Below are positions 19,201 to 28,557 of a stretch of DNA of 64,000 bases, piece after piece. Position numbers and translations under genes: made by a program. The notes beneath the pieces were generated by a model. That model ran no database searches. It saw only the letters and a program-made list of their open reading frames with translations, and was not told the DNA's origin. Source of the DNA: an uncultured Eubacteriales bacterium. Its GTDB lineage: Bacteria > Bacillota > Clostridia > TANB77 > CAG-508. Numbering within the stretch: position 1 is the stretch's first letter; each line of letters starts with the position of its first letter. The stretch covers positions 9,049-73,048 of the forward strand of contig CABUJR010000005.1 in assembly GCA_902492015.1 (NCBI GenBank). The letters are read 5' to 3'.

Positions 19201-21335
19201 TCGTTTCTCAATTTTGTTATTATTTCTGCTGTTTCTGCTGAACCATCATATCTAAAATATCTATTTTGTAAAAACATTTTCTTTATTTCTGAATTTGTTA
19301 CTGTTCTTTGACCCTCTCCTGTTTGTACTATATTTCCAGTAGTGGTTAAGTTTACATATATTTTTTCTTTTATTGCCTTATCTTCATCATCTGCTTCTAT
19401 TTCTTCATCAGGATATAATCTTTCATATCCTGTTGATGATTCATCTTCATTTTCTTCATAAGCTGACCAAACTGTATCTGTATTTGCATCCCATCCTAAA
19501 TCTGTTAACTTTTCATTATCTGTAGATTTAATAGTAATAGCTTTTTTACCTAATTTTATTCCTTCTGCATCTGCCTCTTCCTGTGTTCCTTCGTATGGCT
19601 GAGATGCTAAATTTCCATTTTCATCAACTGGATATAATTTATATTCTCCTGCTTTATCTGGCGCTTCCTCATAACTATATGTTTCATATAAAGTCCAGCG
19701 TTCTTTCATCATTGCTTCATATTCATAATCATAATCTACAAATTCTAATTTGTTTTGATTAGGATCATTTCTATTTAATACGAAATATACATCTCTATAC
19801 CAATGATCTGTAACATTTGCTATATACGGTAAATAGGTTTCAAAATCACTGTCATAGTCATTTGTAAGATATGATTTTATCTTACTCAATTTATTTCTAC
19901 AATTTGTACATGTTTCAGTTATTGTGTTTACTTCTTGAACTTCTCCTGTATATGGTTCTCCCGCTTTATCTATTTCAGTATTTTCTTTATCGGCATAAAT
20001 ATAATTATCTTCATCTTTTTCTAAAACATATTCTCCAGAAGAATCAAAATATACAGTTTCAAATCTGCATGAACATCCATTGCTTCCAGGACCAATATCT
20101 ATACCTAAATTTTGAGCAGCAGTTATTTCTGAAGATGATATAATTAAATCATCAAACCAATTTATTAGAGAAGAAAACCAATTATTTCCTTCAAAAACTG
20201 CTGTTTCTTCTTGTAATTTTGTTACATCTACATAGCCTAAATCTGTTTTATATGCAGTCATTGCAGTTCCTTCTATTTCATGTAAATAAATATTTATAAC
20301 TGTATTAAATGATGTTGCCATATCATAAGCTAAATCTGGCATTTGAGTTGCTTTATGTACTGATAGCAGGAACTCTAAAGGCATACCATATCTTCCTGTC
20401 CAACCATCTAAACTAAATTCCATTGCATTATTATTCTTAAATACGCTCTTTTTAGTAATTAAAAGTTTTTTACTGTCTGTATCTATTTCTATTGAATCCC
20501 AATTCCATATAGTACTTGTATTTACTGGTTTTCCTTCAATTCCAACTCCATTATCATAATAAAACATTAAAAGTCCAGATCCCCACTCTTCCATGGCTGC
20601 CTTTGTTATTCCCAAAGTATCTAAAATTGGTGCATATATTGCATTGTAAAGTTTATATATTGCTGTAACTGTTCCCTGCAAAAATTGTTCTAGCCAGTTT
20701 CCCTCTGGATCTCTCGTAGCTAAATTTTTATTTTTTATTGTATATACATAATTATCTGAAACAATATATGCAAATATAAAATCGCTTTCTGCTCCAATTA
20801 TGTTGTCATCATCATTCCTTATAACCCCAACTTCTTCATCGACGTGAACTCCATTAGATTTATCAACTTCGCCATTTAATTGATCTTCAGAAGTTAAATA
20901 ATCTGTTAAAAATCCTTCTCCTTTTAGTTCATATCCCATTTGTTCCAAATAATCTAAAGTTGCATATATCTCATCACTTTCTACCTGTTTTGTTGTATCT
21001 GCTCCGAAAAAAGCTGCAATAAAATTACCAGCTTCTTTAAAAATAGCTTTTAATTGTTCCATAACCATACCTGGCATAGTTACAAAAAACATTATTAGAC
21101 CTATTGCTATTATTAATATTACTAAACCAGCAAAAATACCACCAAGTATTGGAGCTATGGCAGCTAACATTGAGTGTTTTGCTGCTCCACCTTTTTTCAA
21201 AAAGTTTTGTACAGCTTTACTTGTTTTTTCTTTTAATGAACTCTGTTTTTGTTGCTCTGTATTATTTGATGTTGTTGTATCTTCTCCCCCTGCATTATTT
21301 TCTTGTAAGTCTTTTTCTTCATCACTCATACGCAT
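16296..21335 (-). CDS. Giant (1679-aa) membrane-anchored multidomain protein with an NlpC/P60-like cysteine-peptidase core (putative cell-wall hydrolase or surface protein)
   Basis: N-terminal TM (LAAIAPILGGIFAGLVILIIAIGLIMFFV). Central segment: …STVCCATYVSWVLQEVGL…AADAHVEILGENKEG…YYNAGH…, which matches the Cys…His…His arrangement and the C-x-x-x-V-x-W-V signature of NlpC/P60 peptidases. Acidic low-complexity linkers. The C-terminal roughly 250 aa (…GVGATHYFGLTHYNLDLAKKLGYNISNWG…) form a separate conserved-looking domain of unknown type. Confidence 0.75.
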   Translation of the reverse strand: MRMSDEEKDLQENNAGGEDTTTSNNTEQQKQSSLKEKTSKAVQNFLKKGGAAKHSMLAAIAPILGGIFAGLVILIIAIGLIMFFVTMPGMVMEQLKAIFKEAGNFIAAFFGADTTKQVESDEIYATLDYLEQMGYELKGEGFLTDYLTSEDQLNGEVDKSNGVHVDEEVGVIRNDDDNIIGAESDFIFAYIVSDNYVYTIKNKNLATRDPEGNWLEQFLQGTVTAIYKLYNAIYAPILDTLGITKAAMEEWGSGLLMFYYDNGVGIEGKPVNTSTIWNWDSIEIDTDSKKLLITKKSVFKNNNAMEFSLDGWTGRYGMPLEFLLSVHKATQMPDLAYDMATSFNTVINIYLHEIEGTAMTAYKTDLGYVDVTKLQEETAVFEGNNWFSSLINWFDDLIISSSEITAAQNLGIDIGPGSNGCSCRFETVYFDSSGEYVLEKDEDNYIYADKENTEIDKAGEPYTGEVQEVNTITETCTNCRNKLSKIKSYLTNDYDSDFETYLPYIANVTDHWYRDVYFVLNRNDPNQNKLEFVDYDYEYEAMMKERWTLYETYSYEEAPDKAGEYKLYPVDENGNLASQPYEGTQEEADAEGIKLGKKAITIKSTDNEKLTDLGWDANTDTVWSAYEENEDESSTGYERLYPDEEIEADDEDKAIKEKIYVNLTTTGNIVQTGEGQRTVTNSEIKKMFLQNRYFRYDGSAETAEIITKLRNDNKIAYGPLTEEDLKKKTSITKDDKTETYTVKDYSANVTLNQDSLNAFSMLENTHTLDADYIYRDFKELIVELGYFTKEELTDETPRLLQFLVPDIGSGGYPNRVIDKREQEYGTMIHSKGDIKANVKNTLVELMKQVTESQAEANGDLSIVSGTGNTTTVSGMQSNFDIRENVLKGTVGGLEGEKKPSQVSVEELLTKAREMMEEMQAKTYAYCILGGEKNPGFSHTCELKTTYEESKSQAQSTVCCATYVSWVLQEVGLISSAQHSNSAQGIVNLLKDVDGIEVITEWSDLQPGDLLFFSDTDSQAAQNFAADAHVEILGENKEGTTFTYYNAGHYISADRPGIQEKSDWGDSHPYHFAVRLPLTGTSTSEESYEGYEGNEVVVSPVTGILLEYDTYKDKDIDTVSGEEYRTNVDIKYGPASAIPGAEGESEEETPANGEPQAESETEGGEIVTDKVGYAKILVLDAENYQKLESLTENRWKDDSLVRISEAKTSTNNEAALETDKSSARYLEKLETEEQMDEEHENWNNLDKTVYGYKEFAENYEKYGIAGQIIYIDGFVCELPDENLSGGTDGESGEEGETAGGEIAEQLPEGEKLTLESFKKVTAANLTGTEEPEEDAVLESKYEKDDEYKLASKKATNKLNAESAVKDEANSSIYLESEDLIFIKEGTVLGRTMTDREVVEKVRKDSPHPYEYYRPDASTSSSTSEGTGTGEETEAENEDKLIGNYIRIIMRDLDDTVVENVEDYMKLDEGGDVMEELDDEKFLYWMGIYGEGGNLEQQGGKYISVPVDLSDGVGATHYFGLTHYNLDLAKKLGYNISNWGDNQDLEMLTDVYLALIEEQKAQIRQELGEDIEDGYLQAFISILHNYGRLTKRGDEYKSTGKVSESTWTTYEDPSDQYAEALTKRRIGEWILITEGKYMNFYDGNTQEIDFTEGGKYSEETPFTDWCKDHGITNIEVKKPDE

Positions 21336-21416
21336 TTTACCTCATTTTAAAAAAATTATAGTATCCTATTTATATAATACCATAAAAGTGGTATTTTTTC
21401 AATATTTTCAGCTATT

Positions 21417-21676
21417 TTATACCATTTATATACTATCATTATCTTCTTACAATTTCAACAAAATTAGAATTTTGTAATAAAAAAGAAAAATAAATCAAAA
21501 AATGTAATTATATGAAAAATAAACACTCAAATTTACTTTTCTCTTATTATACCATTTATATACTATCATTATCTTCTTACAATTTCAACAAAATTAGAAT
21601 TTTGTAATAAAAAAGAAAAATAAATCAAAAAATGTAATTATATGAAAAATAAACACTCAAATTTACTTTTCTCTTA
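21417..21676. repeat. Perfect tandem direct duplication, 2 x 130 bp, in the 5' region of the giant gene
   Basis: Positions 21417-21546 and 21547-21676 are identical, base for base (ttataccatttatatactatcattatcttcttacaatttcaacaaaattagaattttgtaataaaaaagaaaaataaatcaaaaaatgtaattatatgaaaaataaacactcaaatttacttttctc). Confidence 0.95.
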
Positions 21677-21715
21677 TACTTCATATATTTCATATTTCAC
21701 CTATAATACTTAATA

Positions 21716-21757
21716 TAAAAAAATAAATGTAGATATCATTTGTATCCACATTTATTT
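21716..21757 (-). terminator. Rho-independent terminator of the transketolase operon
   Basis: On the minus strand: an 11-bp stem (taaatgtagat / atccacattta, one mismatch), loop atcatttgt, followed by a U7 run (plus-strand A-run 21716-21723). Confidence 0.55.
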
Positions 21758-21833
21758 AATAATTTCTTTTTATTTCAATATACATCATAATTTTGAATTT
21801 TATTCAAAAACTCTACTTTCTATATATTATATT

Positions 21834-22781
21834 TTAATCTCTTTTTACCTCTTCAATAATTTCTTTACTTGTTAATCCAAAATATTTTAGTAAAGCCATT
21901 GCATTTCCAGATTTTCCAAAGCAATCTTTCATTCCCATTCTTACTAATTTAGATGGATATTTATCAGTTAATACTTCTGATATTGCTGTTCCAAGTCCTC
22001 CTATTATACTATGTTCTTCTATTGATATAAGTTTTTCTGTTTCTTTTGCTGATTTTATTATTATTTCTTCATCTATTGGTTTTATTGTATGAATATCTAT
22101 TACTCTTATGTCTATCCCTTCTTTTTCTAATTCTTCTTTTGCTTTCAAAGCTTCTGCTACCATTATTCCTGTTGCAAATATTGTTGCTTTTTTTCCTTCA
22201 CCAAATTGAACTGCTTTTCCAAGTTCAAATTTTGTATTTTCATCATATATTACAGGTGTTGCTGCTCTACCAAATCTTATATATACAGGTCCTTTAATTT
22301 TTGCAGCTTCTTCTACTGCCCATTTACTCTGAGTATCATCACTTGGTGAAATTACAGTCATATTTGGTAGTCCTCTCATTAAATTTATATCTTCTAACAT
22401 CTGATGTGTTGCCCCATCTTCTCCAACTGTAATACCAGCATGTGTTGCACATATCTTTACATTTAAATTTGGATAACATATACTATTTCTAATTTGGTCA
22501 TATACTCTTCCTGTTGCAAACACCGCAAATGTACTTGCAAATGGAATTTTATTACAAGTTGCAAATCCTGCTGCTGTTGCCATCATATCTTGCTCTGCAA
22601 TTCCCATATCAAAAAATCTTTCTGGAAATTCTTTTGCAAATATATTAGTTTTTGTAGCTCCTGCTAAATCTGCATCTAATACCACTACATCTTTATTTTC
22701 TTTTCCTAATTCTAATAAAGCTTCTCCGTAACTTTGTCTTGTGGCCTTTTTATTTTCAAAATCCATAATATTTTCCTCCAC
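21834..22781 (-). CDS. Transketolase, C-terminal (pyrimidine-binding / C-terminal domain) subunit
   Basis: 315 aa (…GIAEQDMMATAAGFATCNKIPFASTFAVFATGRVYDQIRN…), the two-subunit transketolase form common in Clostridia. Confidence 0.9.
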   Translation of the reverse strand: MEENIMDFENKKATRQSYGEALLELGKENKDVVVLDADLAGATKTNIFAKEFPERFFDMGIAEQDMMATAAGFATCNKIPFASTFAVFATGRVYDQIRNSICYPNLNVKICATHAGITVGEDGATHQMLEDINLMRGLPNMTVISPSDDTQSKWAVEEAAKIKGPVYIRFGRAATPVIYDENTKFELGKAVQFGEGKKATIFATGIMVAEALKAKEELEKEGIDIRVIDIHTIKPIDEEIIIKSAKETEKLISIEEHSIIGGLGTAISEVLTDKYPSKLVRMGMKDCFGKSGNAMALLKYFGLTSKEIIEEVKRD

Positions 22782-22920
22782 TTATTTATTTTAATTGTTT
22801 AATTTTATATTTGTTTATTACTTACTCAATCAATTACATAATTAATTATTTAATTTGTTAACCATTAAATTGTTTAATATTATTTATTTTATCATTTTAC
22901 AAATTATTTATATTTTTTAC

Positions 22921-23742
22921 CTAAACTAATTCTTCTAACGCTATTTTATATTCTTCTTCATTTGGAGCTTTACCATGCCATCCTGCTTTATTTTCCATAT
23001 AAGATACTCCTTTTCCTTTTAGTGTTTTTGCAATTATTACTGATGGCTTTCCTTTTGTTGCTTTTGCTTGTTCAAAAGCTTTTAAGATTTCTTCAAAATT
23101 ATGTCCATCTACTAATATTGTATTAAATCCAAAACTTTCAAATTTTTTATCTATAGGATATGGATTCATTACTTCTCCTACTTTTCCATCAATTTGTAGA
23201 TCATTATTATCTACTATTGCACAAAGATTATCTAATTTATAATGGCTTGAAGTCATTGCTGCTTCCCAAATTTGACCTTCTTCTATTTCTCCATCACCCA
23301 TTATGCAATAAACTCTATAATTTTTTCCATCAAGCTTAGCACTCAATGCCATCCCATTTGCTACTGATAAACCTTGCCCTAAAGACCCAGACGTCATGTC
23401 TACTCCTGGTATTTTTTTCATATCTGGATGTCCTTGAAGATAACTATCTACTTTTCTAAAAGTTTTTAAATCTTCTTTTGGAATAAATCCTTTTTCTGCT
23501 AATACTGAATATAATGCTGGCGAACAGTGACCTTTTGATAAAACAAGTCTGTCTCTATTTTCATCTTTAGGATTATTTATATCTACATTTAATTCTGAAA
23601 AATATAGTGCTGTTAATACATCAGTTATTGATAATGATCCTCCTGGATGTCCTGAAGCTGCTCTATATACCATTTCTACTATATTTTTTCTTACGCTTTT
23701 TGCTTTTGTTTTTAACTCTTCTATTTTTGATGTTTCTAACAT
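22921..23742 (-). CDS. Transketolase, N-terminal (thiamine diphosphate-binding) subunit
   Basis: 273 aa (…ASGHPGGSLSITDVLTALYF…GHCSPALYSVLAEKGF…GSLGQGLSVANGMALS…). Confidence 0.9.
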   Translation of the reverse strand: MLETSKIEELKTKAKSVRKNIVEMVYRAASGHPGGSLSITDVLTALYFSELNVDINNPKDENRDRLVLSKGHCSPALYSVLAEKGFIPKEDLKTFRKVDSYLQGHPDMKKIPGVDMTSGSLGQGLSVANGMALSAKLDGKNYRVYCIMGDGEIEEGQIWEAAMTSSHYKLDNLCAIVDNNDLQIDGKVGEVMNPYPIDKKFESFGFNTILVDGHNFEEILKAFEQAKATKGKPSVIIAKTLKGKGVSYMENKAGWHGKAPNEEEYKIALEELV

Positions 23743-24044
23743 AAATACACACTCCTTTTTTAATGTATTTATTATACATTTATTAATAAAATATTATAAT
23801 CAAACTTATTATATATTATTAATTTTTCTTAAGCAAGAAAAATTATGTCCTATAATTTAATAGCATCTGGAAAAGCACTAATTTAAGGCATTTTCTGTTC
23901 TTTGAATTTTATGTGCTTAAAATATGTCTTTAAAAAGTATTATATTCTAGTAACAAATTTTATTTTATAAAATTCGTGTACAATATTTTGTAAATCCTTT
24001 ATTTAGTAAGAATTGCATAGCACGCAGAGCACCTTCCTACTAAT

Positions 24045-24082
24045 AAAAAAAGATGGTTATCTTCATCACCATCTTTTCTTAT
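24045..24082. terminator. Rho-independent terminator (bidirectional) downstream of the 218-aa membrane-protein gene
   Basis: aaaaaaAGATGGTtatcttcatcACCATCTtttctt, a 7-bp stem with an A-run before and a T-run after. Confidence 0.55.
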
Positions 24083-24168
24083 TATATTTTTTTATAATTT
24101 ATAAAATCATTTGTGTCTAGTAAATTACTTTATTTATTAGACATTTCAAATAATTCAAAAGTTATTAT

Positions 24169-24825
24169 CTAAAATGGGAAAATTCCAAATAAAAATCCTT
24201 TTGGCATATACCAAAGTACTATTCCTGCGCCTATTGCATAACCCCACCAAGGCACTGATGAAAGCAATTGAACAATCCAATTCCAAGCATTTCCACCTAC
24301 TGTTGCTACTCCATTCCAACTAAATAAATCAGTTAATTTTACTCCTAAGAATGTAGCTTGTGATAAATCCATTCCAAATACGTCTGTTAAGTCAATTTCC
24401 CAACCTAATATACTTATAATATTAGCTTTATCAGGCAATTCATCTACCATAGCCATTTCATAGCTTCTAAGCTCACTACCTTTAAATTTTATTTGATATT
24501 CTTTAGTAGTTCCTGGCTCTATATCACTTACTTCTATGTATTTAGTTAATCCAAGTAAACCTCTTTTACTATATAAATCCAATTTTATCCATTTTGTTCC
24601 TGATGGATATTGTGAATTATTTGATACTTTTATTTGTAAATATCCATTTACGTTTGAAGCCTTTCCTGACACTTCATCTATTGATATATCTGAATTTTGA
24701 CTTACTATACTTCCAGTCATCTTTTCATACATATTTTCTAGCAAACTATTTTCTAACACATAAGAAAGAAACATAAAACCAAGTATTGCTAGCAAATATA
24801 AAAAGAAGGTTTTCATTCTATCCAT
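24169..24825 (-). CDS. Hypothetical membrane protein
   Basis: 218 aa with an N-terminal TM and a hydrophobic, Trp/Gly-rich C-terminus. No recognisable motif. Confidence 0.55.
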   Translation of the reverse strand: MDRMKTFFLYLLAILGFMFLSYVLENSLLENMYEKMTGSIVSQNSDISIDEVSGKASNVNGYLQIKVSNNSQYPSGTKWIKLDLYSKRGLLGLTKYIEVSDIEPGTTKEYQIKFKGSELRSYEMAMVDELPDKANIISILGWEIDLTDVFGMDLSQATFLGVKLTDLFSWNGVATVGGNAWNWIVQLLSSVPWWGYAIGAGIVLWYMPKGFLFGIFPF

Positions 24826-24898
24826 AATTTTTCCCCTTTATTTCCATATTACGACATATTTATTATACATCAGAATATTCGATTTGTAAACCTCCATG

Positions 24899-27800
24899 CT
24901 AAATCTTTACTTTTATCTCTTTATCTAAATACAAAGAATATATATATACTTCTGTTACTTTTTTGTCCAAAGCTTCTTCTAAAGCTTCTTTATATATTTT
25001 TAATTGATTTAAATATTTATTTACTAAGCTTAATTCATTTCCGTCTTTAACAAAATCTGTCTTATAATCAATCAGAATTATTTCTCCATTTATTCCTACT
25101 CCATATAAATCTATTATTCCCTGTACTAAAATCGTTTGATCATCGGCTTCTTCAAAAATTTCTTTTGCTAAAACTTTTTTACAAAATGCCTTTTCTTTTT
25201 CTATGCTTTTACAATTTCTTATTTTTTCAAAAATATTTGATTTTGTAAAATTCAAAACTTTACTAAGATTTATATATTCTGCCTCTTCACAAGTTAAAAT
25301 ATTTTTTTCTATAAGTTCTTGTTTTAGATTTTCAAGTTTTTCAAAATTATAATCTTCCTTGAAATTAATTTTTTGCATGAATAGATGCATTAAAGTTCCT
25401 TTTTTGCTTGCTGATATTATCTCTTCTTCCTGAATAAAACTTGGAGTTAAAGTCTCTATTCCTATTTCTTTATGATTTATATTTTCAAAATCTATTTCAT
25501 TTTCAGTAAATTTTTCTTGTTTTATTTCTTTTATTTTACTAACCGTACTTTTTATAGGAAGCATTGTAGAAAGTTTTTCTTTGTATTGCCAATCAAAAAT
25601 CTTCTTTATTTTTTCTGTATCTATTTTTTTATCAAAATCAAATTTTCTAAGTTCTTCTTCTTTTTCTTCAGATTTTAAAAATAACACTTCATTTTTTGAA
25701 TATTTTTTTACTTCTATTAATCCTTCTAAATTACCTGATAAAATTACAAGCTCTATCCAATCTAAATATGAAATATATTTTTTTAATAATATTGGATTTA
25801 TCTTTCCATTTTCTGAAGTATATACATTTAGTAACTCTTGTTTTTTATCTAAATCCTTTTGATATTCTTTTACCGTTCCTGTAATTATTAGTTTTTCTTT
25901 TGCTCTAGTAAGTGCAACATATAAAATTCTCATTTCTTCTGAAATGGTTTCTTCTTTTATAATTATTTTAATAGCATCTTTAGCTGATGTAGAATATTCT
26001 ATCATCTTCTCATAATCTATATATTGTGGTCCTATTCCCATTTTTTGATGTAATAAAATATTAGAATTCAAATCTTGTAAATTAATTTTTTTCGAAGTTC
26101 CTGCTAAAATTACAATAGGAAATTCTAATCCCTTACTTTTATGAATACTCATTATTCTTACTACATTTTCATTTTCTCCAATTACTTTTGCAGCAGACAT
26201 ATCACTATTTCCACTTCTTAGTCTTTCTACAAATTTTATAAAATTAAATAAACCTTTAAAACTTGTTTTTTCATATTCTTTTGCTCTTTCAAATAACATT
26301 TTTAAATTTGCCTGTCTTAAACTTCCATTTGGCATTAGACCAACATAGTTATAAAAATTAGTATCTGTATAAATTTTCCAAATTAATTCTGCTAAACTTA
26401 AATAATCTGTTTGTTCTCTCCAATTCTCGATTTTTTCTATAAAATCATCTAATTTTTTCTTTAACATTCCTTCTAAAGTATTTCTTGCAGTTTTTATACT
26501 TTCATAAAAACTTGTATCTTTATCGCAAAGTCTGATTTTTAATATCTCATTATCTGTGAATCCACCTATTTCTGAACGTAAAACAGATACTAAAGAAATA
26601 TCATCTATTGGATTATCTAAAACTTTTAATACATTAATTATTGTTTGAATTTCTATAGTATCTAAATATTCATTTGATGCTTCTGAATATACTGGTATTC
26701 CTCTTTTTAAAAGTTCTTTCTCATATATTGGAGCTACTTTTGATGTTGCTCTTAATAAAATTACAATATCTTTAAAAGTTGCTTGTCTATAACCTAATTT
26801 TTTATCTTTAACCTTTGCTTTTGAAGATATGATTTCTTCTATTTTATTTGCTACAAGCCTTGCCTCGACTTCTTCTTTTTCTATATATTTATTTTCTTTT
26901 AAAACTTCATCTTGTTCTTCTTCATCATAATCTTCTTTTAATTCTATGATATTTAACTCTGCTTTTCCTAAAATATCTTCTCCTGTTTCTTCAAAATCTG
27001 CACCTAAATTTAAAAATTCTGTTTCATTATACTCAATATCACCTAAATTTTTGCTCATTATGTTTTTAAATACATTATTAGTTATATCTAATACATTTTT
27101 CCTGCTTCTAAAGTTTTTAAATAATTGAATTTTTAAACCTTTTTCATTTCCATCTAATGAATATTTTTCATATTTATCTAAAAATAATTCTGGACAAGCT
27201 TGCCTGAATTTATAAATGCTTTGCTTAACATCACCAACCATGAATAAATTATTGCCTTTTGAAACAGTTTTTAAAATATATTCTTGTACTTCATTACTAT
27301 CTTGATACTCATCTATTGCAATTTCTTCAAATTTTTCCTGATACTTTTTGGCTACTTCTGTTGGTATATAATTTCCATTTTCATCTTTTTTTACTAATAT
27401 TTTTAAAGCATAATGCTCTATATCATTAAAATCTATAATATTTCTTTCTCTTTTTTTCAATTTAAATTTCTCATCAAACTCTAATATTACATCTTTTAAT
27501 ATTTTTAAAATCTCATACATCTGATATATATCTTTATAAGCATTTTCAGAATCATATACTAAAATTTCTTTTACAATTTTCATTAATTTAGCTTTTACAG
27601 TATCTCTTGATTTTTTGGCTTCATCTTTTGCATCTAAAATAATTTTTCTGTCTACTGGCCAAGATTTAAATTTCATTTCATTTGCAAAATTATAAGCTTC
27701 ATCCCAAGATTTTTTGCTTTTTTCGTATAAAGTTTCTAAAATTTCTATATCTGAAACTATAGTTAAATAATATTTTTCTAATTCTGTATATTTTTCTATT

Positions 27801-28501
27801 TTACTTTTGATAATTTTCAAACTATTTATTGCATCTATAATCTCTTCTTTAAGATTTTCAACTAAAACTTCTCCCCAAATACTTTTAGAAAAATCTTTAT
27901 TTTTTTCATCAAATTTGAAAATATTTATTTTTTCTATAAGCCATTCATTTGGAAAAGGAGCACTTTGCATAAATCTATATATCTTAAGTACAATATCTTT
28001 TAAAGCTTCATCTCCTCTATATCCAGTATAAGTATTTACTAATTTTGCAAAATTTTCATCTTCTGCTTCATAAAGTTCTTCAAAAACATCTTCTATCACT
28101 TCTTGTTTTAATAACTCTATTTCTTCTTCTGTCCCTATTCTAAAATTTGCTGATAAATCTATTTCAAAAAAATTATTTTTTATTACTTCTAGACAAAAAG
28201 AATGTATTGTGCAAATATCTGCTTTTCCTAAAAGAATTACTTGTTTTTGAAGCTCTTTATTTTCTGAATCTTCATCTATTTTTTTATATATTGCTTCTAA
28301 AACTCTTTCTCTCATTTCTGAAGCTGCCGCATTTGTAAATGTTACAACTAATAATTTATCTATATCAATTCCATCTTTTAATATTTTTTGAATTATACGT
28401 TCTACTAAAACTGCTGTTTTTCCACTCCCAGCAGCTGCTGCAACTAATATATTAGCATTCTTTTTATAAATTGCATCTTCTTGTTCCTTTGTCCAATTCA
28501 T
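24899..28501 (-). CDS. addA: ATP-dependent helicase/nuclease subunit A (AddA/RexA; UvrD-like helicase plus C-terminal PD-(D/E)XK nuclease)
   Basis: 1200 aa. N-terminal UvrD-type motif I (MNWTKEQEDAIYKKNANILVAAAAGSGKTAVLVERII), helicase motifs throughout, and a C-terminal nuclease region (…GIIDLYGVGINGEIILIDYKTD…). Confidence 0.9.
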   Translation of the reverse strand: MNWTKEQEDAIYKKNANILVAAAAGSGKTAVLVERIIQKILKDGIDIDKLLVVTFTNAAASEMRERVLEAIYKKIDEDSENKELQKQVILLGKADICTIHSFCLEVIKNNFFEIDLSANFRIGTEEEIELLKQEVIEDVFEELYEAEDENFAKLVNTYTGYRGDEALKDIVLKIYRFMQSAPFPNEWLIEKINIFKFDEKNKDFSKSIWGEVLVENLKEEIIDAINSLKIIKSKIEKYTELEKYYLTIVSDIEILETLYEKSKKSWDEAYNFANEMKFKSWPVDRKIILDAKDEAKKSRDTVKAKLMKIVKEILVYDSENAYKDIYQMYEILKILKDVILEFDEKFKLKKRERNIIDFNDIEHYALKILVKKDENGNYIPTEVAKKYQEKFEEIAIDEYQDSNEVQEYILKTVSKGNNLFMVGDVKQSIYKFRQACPELFLDKYEKYSLDGNEKGLKIQLFKNFRSRKNVLDITNNVFKNIMSKNLGDIEYNETEFLNLGADFEETGEDILGKAELNIIELKEDYDEEEQDEVLKENKYIEKEEVEARLVANKIEEIISSKAKVKDKKLGYRQATFKDIVILLRATSKVAPIYEKELLKRGIPVYSEASNEYLDTIEIQTIINVLKVLDNPIDDISLVSVLRSEIGGFTDNEILKIRLCDKDTSFYESIKTARNTLEGMLKKKLDDFIEKIENWREQTDYLSLAELIWKIYTDTNFYNYVGLMPNGSLRQANLKMLFERAKEYEKTSFKGLFNFIKFVERLRSGNSDMSAAKVIGENENVVRIMSIHKSKGLEFPIVILAGTSKKINLQDLNSNILLHQKMGIGPQYIDYEKMIEYSTSAKDAIKIIIKEETISEEMRILYVALTRAKEKLIITGTVKEYQKDLDKKQELLNVYTSENGKINPILLKKYISYLDWIELVILSGNLEGLIEVKKYSKNEVLFLKSEEKEEELRKFDFDKKIDTEKIKKIFDWQYKEKLSTMLPIKSTVSKIKEIKQEKFTENEIDFENINHKEIGIETLTPSFIQEEEIISASKKGTLMHLFMQKINFKEDYNFEKLENLKQELIEKNILTCEEAEYINLSKVLNFTKSNIFEKIRNCKSIEKEKAFCKKVLAKEIFEEADDQTILVQGIIDLYGVGINGEIILIDYKTDFVKDGNELSLVNKYLNQLKIYKEALEEALDKKVTEVYIYSLYLDKEIKVKI

Positions 28502-28557
28502 TTTTCTATCCTTTACATACTTATTTTTATATAAGTATCTTATAATATTTTTTGAAC

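Noticed and set aside
21834-23742. Transketolase appearing as two ORFs, a possible broken gene
   Set aside because: Each ORF has its own RBS, and there is a 139-bp spacer between them. The split into N-terminal (TPP-binding) and C-terminal subunits is the native arrangement in many Clostridia and archaea, not a frameshift.
23743-24046. Locally GC-richer stretch (gcatagcacgcagagcaccttcc) upstream of the transketolase genes, considered as a riboswitch
   Set aside because: No match to any riboswitch consensus I can recognise by eye (TPP, glycine, etc.), and too short. Left unannotated.
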